Part shown: positions 48,579 to 58,632 of the stretch, in pieces | How positions within the stretch are numbered: the first letter of the stretch is position 1 | Layout: every line of letters begins with the position of its first letter | NCBI GenBank assembly: GCA_965655315.1 | Contig: CBFHGJ010000009.1 | Location: 26,008 to 90,007 of the forward strand | Source: Bacteroidia bacterium | GTDB lineage: Bacteria > Bacteroidota > Bacteroidia > NS11-12g > UBA9320 | Length of the DNA: 64,000 nt | Direction of reading: 5' to 3' | Notes under the pieces: model-generated | Databases searched by the model: none | What the model was told of the DNA's origin: nothing | Seen by the model: the letters and a program-made list of their open reading frames with translations, nothing else | Translations under genes and position numbers: made by a program

Positions 48579-49841
48579 ATGAAAAAAAGCATCATTCTCC
48601 CCATTCTCATTATTGCATCACTCGGAGCAAAGGCCGGTGAGGATGACTCTCTATCTTTATCATCATTTGGAGATGAAAAGAGTGATACTTTATCAATCAT
48701 AGATACTTCAAATTGTTTAACCGGTGAAAATACGGAAGTAACTTTAGTTTCTTTAAATAACCCTATTAAACAAGAAGAGTACACTTCAAATGAAGTTGTA
48801 ATGTTTCTTGAGAATAAACTCCCAATAAATGAAGAGTTATTTAACTTTCATGTCAGCACTAAGGAGTTTAGTATCCCAATGGTGTACAATAATCATGTTC
48901 GTGCACAGATTGATTATTTTGGGACTAGATGGCAAAGTAAACTTAAGGAAATGGTGACCAAGTCACAGTACTTTTTCCCTTACTACGAAGAAGTATTGAA
49001 TGAATTTAATATGCCTTTAGAGATAAAGTACTTATCTGTAATTGAGTCTAGTTTAAATCCATATGCATATTCTAGAGTTGGCGCTGCAGGGGCTTGGCAA
49101 TTCATGCCCGCAACGGGTCGCATTTTTGATTTAAATCAGAATAGAGTATATGATGAAAGAAGATCAGTAGAAAAAAGTACTAGAGCGGCTTGTACTTATT
49201 TACAACAGATGTATAATATGTATGGAGATTGGCTAGTAGCTTTAGCAGCTTACAATTGTGGGCCAGGAAATGTTCGTAAGGCAATGAGATACTCTGGTAA
49301 AAAGGATTTTTGGGGTATGTACAATTACTTGCCACGAGAAACTAAAAACTATGTACCTAAATTCATTGCTATGGCTTATATGATGAATTTTTATTCTGAG
49401 TACGGGATAACTCCAGTACCCTATGAGGGCAAGAACTTCGAATATGATCGCGTTTTTTGTCAGGAAGGGTTGCATTTTTCTGCAGTGTCAGATCTATTAG
49501 GCTTAACAGATGAAGAGCTTAGGAGATATAATCCAGAATTAAGCAAGCCGACTATTCCGTATAAAGGCAATGGTTATGAGTTAAATATTCCAGAAGGATA
49601 TTCAGAAGTCTTCTACAACAATGTAGAGGGTATGCTTGTAAGGTCTAAAGAAGCTTATGAGAAAGAACGGATAGAAGAAGCTAAAAGACCGAAAGTAGTA
49701 TATCATTATGTAAGGAAAGGGGAGTGCTTACCTATTATCGCTCGAAGACACGGTTGTACCGTTAGTCAATTGAAAAAGTGGAATGGTATAAGAGGTAGCA
49801 TTATTTACCCTAAACAGAAGTTAAAGATTTACAGGAGTTAA
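48579..49841 (+). CDS. lytic transglycosylase (SLT domain) with C-terminal LysM domain, MltD-like
   Basis: 420 aa; signal peptide; SLT catalytic region (…LSVIESSLNPYAYSRVGAAGAWQFMPATG…AAYNCGPGNV) and C-terminal LysM (YHYVRKGECLPIIARRHGCTVSQLKKWNGI). Confidence 0.8.
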   Translation: MKKSIILPILIIASLGAKAGEDDSLSLSSFGDEKSDTLSIIDTSNCLTGENTEVTLVSLNNPIKQEEYTSNEVVMFLENKLPINEELFNFHVSTKEFSIPMVYNNHVRAQIDYFGTRWQSKLKEMVTKSQYFFPYYEEVLNEFNMPLEIKYLSVIESSLNPYAYSRVGAAGAWQFMPATGRIFDLNQNRVYDERRSVEKSTRAACTYLQQMYNMYGDWLVALAAYNCGPGNVRKAMRYSGKKDFWGMYNYLPRETKNYVPKFIAMAYMMNFYSEYGITPVPYEGKNFEYDRVFCQEGLHFSAVSDLLGLTDEELRRYNPELSKPTIPYKGNGYELNIPEGYSEVFYNNVEGMLVRSKEAYEKERIEEAKRPKVVYHYVRKGECLPIIARRHGCTVSQLKKWNGIRGSIIYPKQKLKIYRS

Positions 49842-49866
49842 CCTTTAACCTTTTAGAAGCAAACAT

Positions 49867-50934
49867 TTGAAGCCATATTTCTACCTATTATCATTATACT
49901 TATTAGTTGGATGCCAGATGTCCGACGAAGAGCAGAAAGCTTTGTTACCTGATTCTACAGGACAAATTGCAGAAGTTGTAGTAATTACTGATTCCAAATC
50001 GGCAGACAGCCTATTCAATTTAAGTATAAAAGGTGCATTCAGTAAAAAGCTAGAGGGTCAACCACCCCCTGGGGAACCAATGTTTCAAGTTCAATTCACA
50101 GACGAGTCTTTTTTTAAGGGTTTTTTTAAAAAACACAACAACATCTTTGTTTTTATTAATGCTATAAATGCACATTTATTGAAACGTATACTGCCGTCTT
50201 CTACTATCGATAAACTGGTTAAGATCAAGAAGGATAAGCCTGGCACCTTTGGGGTTCTCCAAGAAGATGTATTTGCAAAAAATCAACGAATTTTCTATGT
50301 ACTTGGTAAAGACAAAGCAGATCTAGAAAAGGTATTAGCAGAAAAAAGTGGTGATATATTAAATCTGGCTGAAAAACACGAAACACTTGCTTGGGGATAT
50401 AAATTATTAGGTTCTAAGAAAGTGGCGAAGGACAGGTTTTATCAGAAGCAGATAAAACAAAAGAATTTTGGCATCCGAAAACCTGAGTCCTATCGAATAG
50501 CGATAGATAACCCAGATTTTGTTTGGTTAAGGAAATCTTCTACAACTTCTGAACTAGAACAAGGACTATTGATGTATGAAGCACCATATACCAATAAAGA
50601 AGACCTCTCAACCGACAGTCTCATCGCAGCGCGAAATAAGTGGGTAAAGCAATATATTCCCGGTGAAATAGATGGGAGCTATATGAAGTATTCGGATGTT
50701 TTTGTTCCCGTAAGGAAAGACCAAGATTTCAAAGGAAAATATGGAGTTGAAATTAGAGGTTGGTGGGATGTTGAGGGTGATTTTATGGGTGGACCATCTT
50801 ATATCCGTGCGGTAGTAGATGAAGCTAGAGGACGAATCGTTTTTGCTGAGGGATTTGTTTTTCATCCCAATGAGAACAAGGCTAAGCCTATGCGTGAATT
50901 AGAAATACTAGTAAATACACTATCTATAAAGTAA
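49867..50934 (+). CDS. hypothetical lipoprotein (DUF4837-like)
   Basis: 355 aa; lipoprotein signal LLSLYLLVGCQMSD; family assignment from memory of Bacteroidota DUF4837, uncertain. Confidence 0.45.
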   Translation: MKPYFYLLSLYLLVGCQMSDEEQKALLPDSTGQIAEVVVITDSKSADSLFNLSIKGAFSKKLEGQPPPGEPMFQVQFTDESFFKGFFKKHNNIFVFINAINAHLLKRILPSSTIDKLVKIKKDKPGTFGVLQEDVFAKNQRIFYVLGKDKADLEKVLAEKSGDILNLAEKHETLAWGYKLLGSKKVAKDRFYQKQIKQKNFGIRKPESYRIAIDNPDFVWLRKSSTTSELEQGLLMYEAPYTNKEDLSTDSLIAARNKWVKQYIPGEIDGSYMKYSDVFVPVRKDQDFKGKYGVEIRGWWDVEGDFMGGPSYIRAVVDEARGRIVFAEGFVFHPNENKAKPMRELEILVNTLSIK

Positions 50935-51509
50935 TGAAGCGACTTGAGATATGGGCTTCTGGTGGTGGTACAAATGCAGATGCGATTTTCAAATACTTTA
51001 AAAACCATAAAGATATTTCTGTAGTACATCTAGGATGTAACAGAATCAAAGCTAGAGCATTTGACGTAGCAAAAAAGCACTCGGTTAACACTACATACTG
51101 GAATAAAGATAAATGGAATGCGACTCATGTATTAGATCAACTTAACAAAAGAAACATTGATTTTATCATTCTAGCCGGGTTTTTAAAACTAGTCCCATCC
51201 GAGGTGACAAAAGCATATAGAGGAAGAATACTAAATATACATCCAAGCTTATTGCCAAAATTTGGTGGCATAAACATGTATGGCAATAACGTTCACCAGG
51301 CTGTACTAAACTCAAAAGATGATCAAACTGGAATTACCATACACGAAGTGAATGAAGAGTTTGATAAAGGTAAACCAATTGCACAATTCAGTGCAGGATT
51401 AGTCCCTGGAGTCGAAACAATAGACTCTATAAAATCAAAAATTCAGCAGCTTGAGCACCAAAACTTTGCACCAATAATAGAATCTTGGGTTAAGGCAAAG
51501 TCTATTTAG
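50934..51509 (+). CDS. purN: phosphoribosylglycinamide formyltransferase
   Basis: 191 aa; KRLEIWASGGGTNADAIF, ILAGFLKLVP, NIHPSLLPKFGG (formyl-transferase HxSLLP motif). Confidence 0.85.
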   Translation: MKRLEIWASGGGTNADAIFKYFKNHKDISVVHLGCNRIKARAFDVAKKHSVNTTYWNKDKWNATHVLDQLNKRNIDFIILAGFLKLVPSEVTKAYRGRILNIHPSLLPKFGGINMYGNNVHQAVLNSKDDQTGITIHEVNEEFDKGKPIAQFSAGLVPGVETIDSIKSKIQQLEHQNFAPIIESWVKAKSI

Positions 51510-53433
51510 TTACTTTAAACTCTGTCCTTCTGTTGATCGCTCTTCCTTGTTCAGTGCTATTCGATTTAATAGGATTATTGTCACCATAGCCTTGATATGT
51601 TAGTCGTGTAGAAGATACACCATTCTTAACTAGGTAGTTATAAACAGACTTAGCTCGATTAGTAGACAATTCAATATTATTAGTTTTATTACCAACATTA
51701 TCTGTATGACCACCTATTTCTATTGAGATGTCTGGATTGATTTTCATAAAATCTATCAGTTTTTGCAGCTCATTAATGCTATTTTCTTTCAACTCGCATT
51801 TGTCAGTATCAAAAAATACATTCTTGAGTACCACACTTTTACCGATTTTTACTTTTTTCAAATCAATTATAATCTCAAATGGTTTGTCTGTATCCACATT
51901 AGGCATATCAAAATACTCCGAATGGAATAAGTAACCGTCTTTATCTATTGTGAGGGCATATTTTTGATCAGCTTTTAGTGGTACTAAGAACATACCGTCT
52001 GTTTGATCTGCGTATGTGTTTGTGCTTACACCACCAGATTGAGGTGTGAGAATCACACTGGCTGCTAGTGGTCTTTTTGTATCAGCATCTCTTATAAATC
52101 CACGAGCGTAGCTAACTCTTTGGGCTTGCAATTTTGTCGGTAATTGAAAAGTGTAAATGTCTAAGCCTCCTTTTCCATCAGGCATTTTGTCACTGCTATA
52201 TAATGCTGTTTTTCCATCTCTTGCTACTATCATATTCCAATCGTAACCAGATGTATTTATTGGATGTCCTAAATTGACGGGAGACCCCCAATTACCTTCT
52301 GGCCCTAATCGTGATAAAAAAAGGTCACTTTTGCCCATTCCAGGATGCCCTTCAGAACTAAAGTATAACGTATTGTTATCTGAATGTATAAATGGAAATT
52401 GCTCGTCAAATGGAGTATTTATCTCTGGACCTAAGTTTATAGGTTCTTCCCAACCTGTTTCACTAAAATTGGCCTTCCACAGATCTGTTCCCCCATAGCC
52501 ACCTGGTCTGTCACTAGTGAAATACAAGGTCTTACCATTTGAGGCGATAGAAGGTTGTGATTCCCAGTGCCTAGTGTTAATGGGGGCTTGAAGATTCATT
52601 GGTTCTGACCATTCCCCATCGTTATCTATAGTTAGCCAGATATCACATTGTCCTTTTCCTCCGCGTCTACTGCAGGACGTGAAAAATATATAATGTCTGT
52701 CTGATGATATACTAAATGCTCCTTCATTATCTGAAGTATTGATTGGCCTACCTAGGTTCTTGATTGGATTCCAACTTCCATCGGTATTTCGAGTGGCAAA
52801 ATAAATATCCTCATTAGGTCGACTATCTCTTAAATCACCCGTCCTTCTTGTGATGTACATAGTTTGCTCATCAATAGCAAAAGCAGGAGAATACTCTTGT
52901 TCATTGGTATTAATTGATGACCCGATATTAATTGGATTAATATCCATCGGGTTAGCGATAGCTTCACGCATGAAAGAAATATTTTGAAGGTTTCTTACCG
53001 CTATAGAAGTATTTTTATCTTTTGTCTTATTGTACTTTAGAAAAGTTCTGAAGTAGTACTCTGCACTATCTATCTGCTCATTTGAAATGTATATGTTACC
53101 AAGGGAATATAGAGCGTATAGATGGTCTGATTTCAACTCAAGTAATTGTCTGTAAACTGAAACTGCTCTATCTGATGCACCAGCCTTTTGATAGGTGTGT
53201 GCCAGGGCATCATAAGCATCTAAAAAACCGGGTGACTTCTTTATTGCAGCTTTGAATGAACTAACTGCATCATTATATTCTCCTAAACTTTGTTGTTGCA
53301 ATCCTTTTGTGAAAAGTGCTTGAGACTTTTTCGATGGCTCATTTTGAGCTGTTGCTTTTTTTGTTTGACCACAAGCTGAAAAGATCAAAAAGGCAGTTGC
53401 AATTAAAAGTGCATTTTTACACATTTCTATCAT
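51502..53433 (-). CDS. OmpA-family protein with N-terminal TPR repeats and TolB-like beta-propeller repeats
   Basis: 643 aa; signal peptide; TPR segment; repeated WD40-like/TolB blades (…DGKTLYFTSDRPGGYGGTDLW…); C-terminal OmpA domain (…NRRTEFKV). Confidence 0.75.
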   Translation of the reverse strand: MIEMCKNALLIATAFLIFSACGQTKKATAQNEPSKKSQALFTKGLQQQSLGEYNDAVSSFKAAIKKSPGFLDAYDALAHTYQKAGASDRAVSVYRQLLELKSDHLYALYSLGNIYISNEQIDSAEYYFRTFLKYNKTKDKNTSIAVRNLQNISFMREAIANPMDINPINIGSSINTNEQEYSPAFAIDEQTMYITRRTGDLRDSRPNEDIYFATRNTDGSWNPIKNLGRPINTSDNEGAFSISSDRHYIFFTSCSRRGGKGQCDIWLTIDNDGEWSEPMNLQAPINTRHWESQPSIASNGKTLYFTSDRPGGYGGTDLWKANFSETGWEEPINLGPEINTPFDEQFPFIHSDNNTLYFSSEGHPGMGKSDLFLSRLGPEGNWGSPVNLGHPINTSGYDWNMIVARDGKTALYSSDKMPDGKGGLDIYTFQLPTKLQAQRVSYARGFIRDADTKRPLAASVILTPQSGGVSTNTYADQTDGMFLVPLKADQKYALTIDKDGYLFHSEYFDMPNVDTDKPFEIIIDLKKVKIGKSVVLKNVFFDTDKCELKENSINELQKLIDFMKINPDISIEIGGHTDNVGNKTNNIELSTNRAKSVYNYLVKNGVSSTRLTYQGYGDNNPIKSNSTEQGRAINRRTEFKVTK

Positions 53434-53920
53434 ATTCTAGTACTTGTATATCAATAAGTTTGCCATTGTCTATTCCAAATTTAACCATTGTTCTTTTTTT
53501 GTGAAATCCTTTAACCCCAATTGCTCCGGGATTGATGTGTAAGAGATTTAGTTTGTTGTCCTTCATTATTTTACAAATGTGTGAATGGCCGCATACGTAA
53601 AGGTCAGGTTGAAGTTCTAGTAGCCTTTCTTTTACTATTTTTCTGTATTTGCCTGGATACCCTCCAATATGAATCATATAGACCTTTAGACCTTCTATTT
53701 CAAAAGAAAGGTCTTCAGGAAATTGACTTCGAAGTATCTGGCTATCAATATTCCCATAGACTCCTCTTAAAGTCTTTCCTCTAAGAGATTTTATGAGGCC
53801 TTCATGATTTCCCCAATCTCCTACATGCCACACTTCATCACATTCTGTGGCATGTTTCACTATCTCAGAACCATTATACCCGTGAGTGTCAGAAAGAAGA
53901 AGAATTTTTTTGATGTTGTA
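53417..53920 (-). CDS. YfcE/MJ0936-family metallophosphoesterase (start codon uncertain)
   Basis: Motifs GDWGNHE, VCGHSH, IHIGGYPG within listed ORF 53417-53860 (GTG start); conserved motif-I region …KKILLLSDTHGYN… lies in-frame upstream (53882-53917) with no canonical ATG/GTG/TTG before the in-frame stop at 54008-54010. Confidence 0.6.
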   Translation of the reverse strand, partial: YNIKKILLLSDTHGYNGSEIVKHATECDEVWHVGDWGNHEGLIKSLRGKTLRGVYGNIDSQILRSQFPEDLSFEIEGLKVYMIHIGGYPGKYRKIVKERLLELQPDLYVCGHSHICKIMKDNKLNLLHINPGAIGVKGFHKKRTMVKFGIDNGKLIDIQVLEYDRNV

Positions 53921-53965
53921 AAAATAAGATGGAGTATTTAAAGCACCACCAACTATTTTTGTCTT

Positions 53966-54832
53966 GTGTTTGTATCCGGCTTTACTTTCATAAAAAATGC
54001 TGTAAAACTAGACTATCCTGTCGCAGAGGCTATCAAATCTATTTTACCTTTAGTGGATGAGATGATTGTAGCCGTAGGAGAAAGTGAGGATACAACACGA
54101 GCTTTGATTGATTCGCTTGGACCAAAGATTAAAATTATTGACACAGTATGGGATGACTCACTCAGAAAGGGAGGAGAGGTTTTGGCTGTTGAGACAAATA
54201 AAGCACTTGATTCAATTTCTGAACAAGCTGATTGGTGTATTTACATACAAGGAGACGAGTGTGTTCACGAAAAGTATCATTCAGAAATTCTTGAAAAGAT
54301 GAAGAAGCATCAAAATAACAAGAGGGTAGAAGGACTGCTGTTTGACTATGCACATTTCTATGGGAGTTATGATTATATAGGAGATAGCAGAACATGGTAC
54401 AGAAAAGAGATTCGTGTAATTCGAAATGACCCAAAAATAAGAAGCTATCGTGATGCACAAGGATTTCGAAAAAATGGAAAAAAGCTTAATGTAAAGCAAA
54501 TCCAAGCAGAAATCTTCCATTACGGCTGGGTCAGGCATCCAAAATATCAAATGGCTAAACAAATTGAGGCTCATAAACTCTGGCATTCAGATGATTATAT
54601 ATCGGAAAGATTTGATCCTGATGAAGAGTTTGACTATTCAGAGATAGATTCCATCAAACCTTTTAAAGGCACTCATCCTGCAGTTATGCAATCTAGAATT
54701 GATCATATGAACTGGAAATTTGACAAAGATCCACAAGTGAAATCCTTCAATCTAAAACTTAAGCTACTTTATGCAATTGAGAAATGGACTGGAATTCGAA
54801 TAGGAGAGTATAAAAACTATAAAATAATCTAA
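53966..54832 (+). CDS. putative glycosyltransferase-like protein (Bacteroidota family beginning MxVSGFT…NA.K.DYP)
   Basis: 288 aa, GTG start; resembles from memory a family usually annotated as glycosyltransferase; no catalytic motif confirmed. Confidence 0.35.
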   Translation: MFVSGFTFIKNAVKLDYPVAEAIKSILPLVDEMIVAVGESEDTTRALIDSLGPKIKIIDTVWDDSLRKGGEVLAVETNKALDSISEQADWCIYIQGDECVHEKYHSEILEKMKKHQNNKRVEGLLFDYAHFYGSYDYIGDSRTWYRKEIRVIRNDPKIRSYRDAQGFRKNGKKLNVKQIQAEIFHYGWVRHPKYQMAKQIEAHKLWHSDDYISERFDPDEEFDYSEIDSIKPFKGTHPAVMQSRIDHMNWKFDKDPQVKSFNLKLKLLYAIEKWTGIRIGEYKNYKII

Positions 54833-56137
54833 TTAGAGATTCAGTTGTGCATCCTTTATCATTGATTCATACACTCTTCTCCAACCTTTCCACCTTTCTG
54901 TTTCACTTAAACTTTCGTTATGCCAAAGTGAGACAAACAGGCCATTCACTTCTTTTACCTTACTCATTAGTTTAGCAATAGACTGTATAGCTTCGTCTGG
55001 GGACTCTTTTCGATAATGCAATGATGTTATATCCATAGCACAGAATGGGACTAGTTTCAAGTCAGTGGCTTCATTTATTTCTAAGTCAAACCAAGAAAAT
55101 GCTGATGCTATCCCAGCTCTAAAACCCAAATGAGTACTATATCCTAGAGTATGATCTTCTTTAATACCATTGCTCAGTAGATTTCTATATGTTTTTGGCA
55201 TTCTTTGCATTAAAAAATGCTGCCTAGAAACTTCTATCGTTTCACTTGTGATCCTAGCTAGTCTATTTCTTTCTAACTTTACTCTCCTATCCTCATTGTT
55301 GCTAAGGTAAGAAGGGTGTATACCTACTTTATGATGTTTTGAAACACTTCTAATCAGGTGCCTAAACTTCTTATTTTTATGTGATATATTTTTATCAAAC
55401 TCACTGTAATCGCCCAAAAGAAAGAAATAAAGCGTTTCAAAGTGATACTTATGTTCTAGGCTTGTGTTCCAATCATATTGATAAAATGGATCTGCTTTTA
55501 ATCCCAGCAGCACTGGCCAGCGATCTTTAAAATTTTCCCACTTACACTGCTTAAAATCCCGGATTGTACCAAGTATACTTCTTAATGCCCCTTTGTGCTT
55601 AAACTTCCATGCCTGGTCTATGTCAAGTGTACTCAGATAGCTGAATGATGAATCTTCAAAACTTAATTCATCATATTTGTTTTCCAGTATAGACTTTAAC
55701 AGGATTACCCATTGGTTTACAAGAGGTTCACCTAATTTATCTTGTTGCATTAAAACACTTTCTTCAGCTGGAAATCTATTATGAGCATCAGCTTCAAAAG
55801 GTAAGTACTCTTCGTATCTGCTTAATAAAAAGAATGAAGCTGAAAATAAATCATATGACAACTCATTTGTACCTGTTTTATAAAAACACCAAGAGTTTTC
55901 CAATTTCTCAAATCTAACTTCCTCTTTATGAATATGATCTACCCCGATTTCTTCAAGAAGACCGTAGGGTATACAGTCTATTTTATCTGAAGGAACTGAA
56001 GAATAGTTGATGTGACATTCGGAAATATCTGATACAAGTTGATACCTTGAGCTGCATAATTCCTTAAATATGACATCAAAAATGTAATGATGCCTATTCG
56101 TAGGATTTTGCACATATATTTTTACTGGTACTTGCAA
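54833..56137 (-). CDS. hypothetical protein (possibly polysaccharide-deacetylase-like)
   Basis: 434-aa ORF convergent with the GT-like gene; His/Asp-rich conserved-looking segments (…DIDQAWKFKHKG…, …GIHPSYLSNN…, …SLWHNESL…); assignment weak. Confidence 0.35.
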   Translation of the reverse strand: MQVPVKIYVQNPTNRHHYIFDVIFKELCSSRYQLVSDISECHINYSSVPSDKIDCIPYGLLEEIGVDHIHKEEVRFEKLENSWCFYKTGTNELSYDLFSASFFLLSRYEEYLPFEADAHNRFPAEESVLMQQDKLGEPLVNQWVILLKSILENKYDELSFEDSSFSYLSTLDIDQAWKFKHKGALRSILGTIRDFKQCKWENFKDRWPVLLGLKADPFYQYDWNTSLEHKYHFETLYFFLLGDYSEFDKNISHKNKKFRHLIRSVSKHHKVGIHPSYLSNNEDRRVKLERNRLARITSETIEVSRQHFLMQRMPKTYRNLLSNGIKEDHTLGYSTHLGFRAGIASAFSWFDLEINEATDLKLVPFCAMDITSLHYRKESPDEAIQSIAKLMSKVKEVNGLFVSLWHNESLSETERWKGWRRVYESMIKDAQLNL

Positions 56138-56373
56138 TAGATTTCTTCTAACTGCTTTGCAAGTTTACGGTCTTTAGCAGTAACTACATTCCCTGAATCG
56201 TGAGTTGTAAGCTTGATTAATATTTTATTGTAGACATTGCTCCATTCAGGATGATGGTTTAACTCTTCAATAGCAGGAACACATTCTTGAATAAAACGCA
56301 TGGCTTCTTCGAATGATTTGAATGAAATATTTGCTACCAGTGCGTTATTTTCTTCTTTCCAAATGCTGCCCAT
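56122..56373 (-). CDS. 4a-hydroxytetrahydrobiopterin dehydratase (pterin-4-alpha-carbinolamine dehydratase)
   Basis: 83 aa; FKSFEEAMRFIQECVPAIEELNHHPEWSNVYNKILIKLTTHD matches PCD/DCoH fold signature (…HHPEW…N…V…L.TH). Confidence 0.8.
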   Translation of the reverse strand: MGSIWKEENNALVANISFKSFEEAMRFIQECVPAIEELNHHPEWSNVYNKILIKLTTHDSGNVVTAKDRKLAKQLEEIYCKYQ

Positions 56374-56389
56374 AACTCACTTTAAACGA

Positions 56390-58039
56390 TTAATACTTTA
56401 CTATTTTAACGCTAGATCTATTGCCTCCACAAATAATATCTATAACGTACATACCTGCAGAAAAATCGCTAGGATCAAGTGTAATTTCAGTTCGTTTAGA
56501 GTTTATTATTTTTTGTCCAAATAAATTATACACGATGAATTGACTGCTGGTTGGGACTTGTATTTTTAACTGTCCTGACCCTGAAGCAAACGCTGAGTGA
56601 TTCAATACTCTGATATCGTCAGTTAGAGTAATAACAGGAACATTCACACCTCTAACAATAAATCCAGCATCAACAAAACACTGTTTTAACTGATTGCCAT
56701 ATCGACCATCAAAATCTGCATTATCTATTCTTAATAATTCTACAGCCATTTCAGACATAGTACTGTTTGCGTACTGATAATAAAGATGTTCTAGTACAAG
56801 ACTGTCTGCCTGCTTTTTACCGATAAAATCCTGAACACACATAAGTGCACTTGACCAAATATCGCGATCTGAATTCCTATCTCCTTTTAGATCCGTGGGG
56901 TATCTCTTACTAGAATTGATGTCAATTCCTGCCCAAAACTCATTGTGTCCATCCCAAGAAAAAACTTGGTCTCTAAAGAAAATTGAAACCGTTTGGCTAT
57001 AAGACTTACAGAAATAATCTGCAGTCCCTTCTTCCATAGCAGTACGTTCTGAACCTACTGTATTGTCAGGAGAAGCACGCTCACTAAGGCTATGAGCGAA
57101 TTCATGAACAACAACTTCACCATCTTCTGCATCATCTACACCACCATCACCAAACTCTAAGGAATGTAAACTTGGTCTGTATCCAGAATTGTCCGCAAAA
57201 CCTGCGTGCACATCTACTAAGAGTGTGTCTGTTAGCTCATCGTGACCCATTAAGTCAATGTATTCCGCTATCGTATTGATGTGATAATATGCATTCATTT
57301 TTTCAAATGGTTGCATGTCCCTAGTATAGACAGCTGTATCGTTGTTTTCATACGTAATGGTATCGACAGGTCCTCTGATTTCACCAAAGTAGAGATATTC
57401 AGATTCAAGAAAAAAGCTATCGTTTTCATACTTTACCTGAATAGGTTTCCAAACCATCTGATTTTCAAGAGCTGTGCTTGTAGAATCATTTCGATCAGTA
57501 AATACATCTCCATAGGCTATACCCGAAGAGTGAATAGGGTTAACCGCAAACACCTTTGTGAATAGGGTAGTGTCTTTCCTGATATACTTTACGTGGTCTA
57601 TTTCCATCACAATCTCGCCATGAATATTACTGAAAGTCTCTATATCCTCGTTTTTCGTACTGTTTGTTAGAACTACTCCTTTTACTGAAGGTAAATAACT
57701 GTTTGCAAAAGATTCGGGTTTAGGAAATCGTTCATAAATCAAATTGTTTTGGATATGATAAGTATTATCAAATTTTAAATGTATCTTGACTTCCGCAAAC
57801 CTTACTCGTAATCCATTAGTAATCTGCTGAAAAGTAATGTGCTCCGCAAACGGGCTGTTTACTCTGTTTGTTTCGATTAAAACCGTGTTGTCCGGCAAAT
57901 CAATATTGGCCAAAACCAAGGACAGGGCAAAATTCGAAGGTGCCTTAAAGTTCGAGCTCTGATTGATCTTTATATCCTGAGCTCTACTTTCAAACCGTAC
58001 TAAACCGATAAGCAGGAATATGATTGCAAAGTATTTCAT
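56390..58039 (-). CDS. secreted zinc metalloprotease (HExxH) with T9SS type-A C-terminal sorting domain
   Basis: 549 aa; signal peptide; N-terminal propeptide-like region; HEFAHSLSE zinc motif; C-terminal CTD (…FIVYNLFGQKIINS…GMYVIDIICGGNRSSVKIVKY). Confidence 0.7.
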   Translation of the reverse strand: MKYFAIIFLLIGLVRFESRAQDIKINQSSNFKAPSNFALSLVLANIDLPDNTVLIETNRVNSPFAEHITFQQITNGLRVRFAEVKIHLKFDNTYHIQNNLIYERFPKPESFANSYLPSVKGVVLTNSTKNEDIETFSNIHGEIVMEIDHVKYIRKDTTLFTKVFAVNPIHSSGIAYGDVFTDRNDSTSTALENQMVWKPIQVKYENDSFFLESEYLYFGEIRGPVDTITYENNDTAVYTRDMQPFEKMNAYYHINTIAEYIDLMGHDELTDTLLVDVHAGFADNSGYRPSLHSLEFGDGGVDDAEDGEVVVHEFAHSLSERASPDNTVGSERTAMEEGTADYFCKSYSQTVSIFFRDQVFSWDGHNEFWAGIDINSSKRYPTDLKGDRNSDRDIWSSALMCVQDFIGKKQADSLVLEHLYYQYANSTMSEMAVELLRIDNADFDGRYGNQLKQCFVDAGFIVRGVNVPVITLTDDIRVLNHSAFASGSGQLKIQVPTSSQFIVYNLFGQKIINSKRTEITLDPSDFSAGMYVIDIICGGNRSSVKIVKY

Positions 58040-58632
58040 TTATCAATAATTGCTAAGGTAGCAATATTCAGTAAGTCTTCGTGTAACCTTGGAGTCATAC
58101 TTTGTGCATGAGTTAGGCTAAATTTACCATCGTGCGTTGTTTGATATGAAATGTTGGGTTGACGAGAAAGATAATTGTAAAGGAGGTAAGACTTAGCACT
58201 ATTAATAGAACAGATTGTAGTTTCTTTCAGTGTCTGAATCTCAATACTCGCGTCTTCCAAACAAAGCAGAGATGTCTTTCCGTAAGCTTCTATTAACCCT
58301 GGTATTCCTAGTTTTTTGCCACCAAAATATCTTACCACTACACAACCGACATAAGATATTTCCGCAGACAAAAGATTGTTCAATATTGGACGGCCGGAGC
58401 TATTACTATGTTCACCATCATCACAACATCTTTGATACTCTCTGTTTACCCCTATTACACAAGCTGAGCAAACATGATTTGCATCAGCAAACTCAATTTT
58501 ATAACTCTTGATTTGCTGTTCAAAATCAGAAATATCTACTACTGGAAATAAATATCCATAAAACTTGCTGCTGCTTGCCTTATATTTGCTCCTGTAGAGC
58601 TTATCTATTCCGTTGTATTGATCAGTTTGCAT
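58036..58632 (-). CDS. YigZ/IMPACT-family (UPF0029) protein
   Basis: 198 aa; …CDDGEHSNSSGRPILN… and …GCVVVRYFGGKKLGIPGLIEAYG… match the IMPACT N-domain signature. Confidence 0.7.
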   Translation of the reverse strand: MQTDQYNGIDKLYRSKYKASSSKFYGYLFPVVDISDFEQQIKSYKIEFADANHVCSACVIGVNREYQRCCDDGEHSNSSGRPILNNLLSAEISYVGCVVVRYFGGKKLGIPGLIEAYGKTSLLCLEDASIEIQTLKETTICSINSAKSYLLYNYLSRQPNISYQTTHDGKFSLTHAQSMTPRLHEDLLNIATLAIIDK

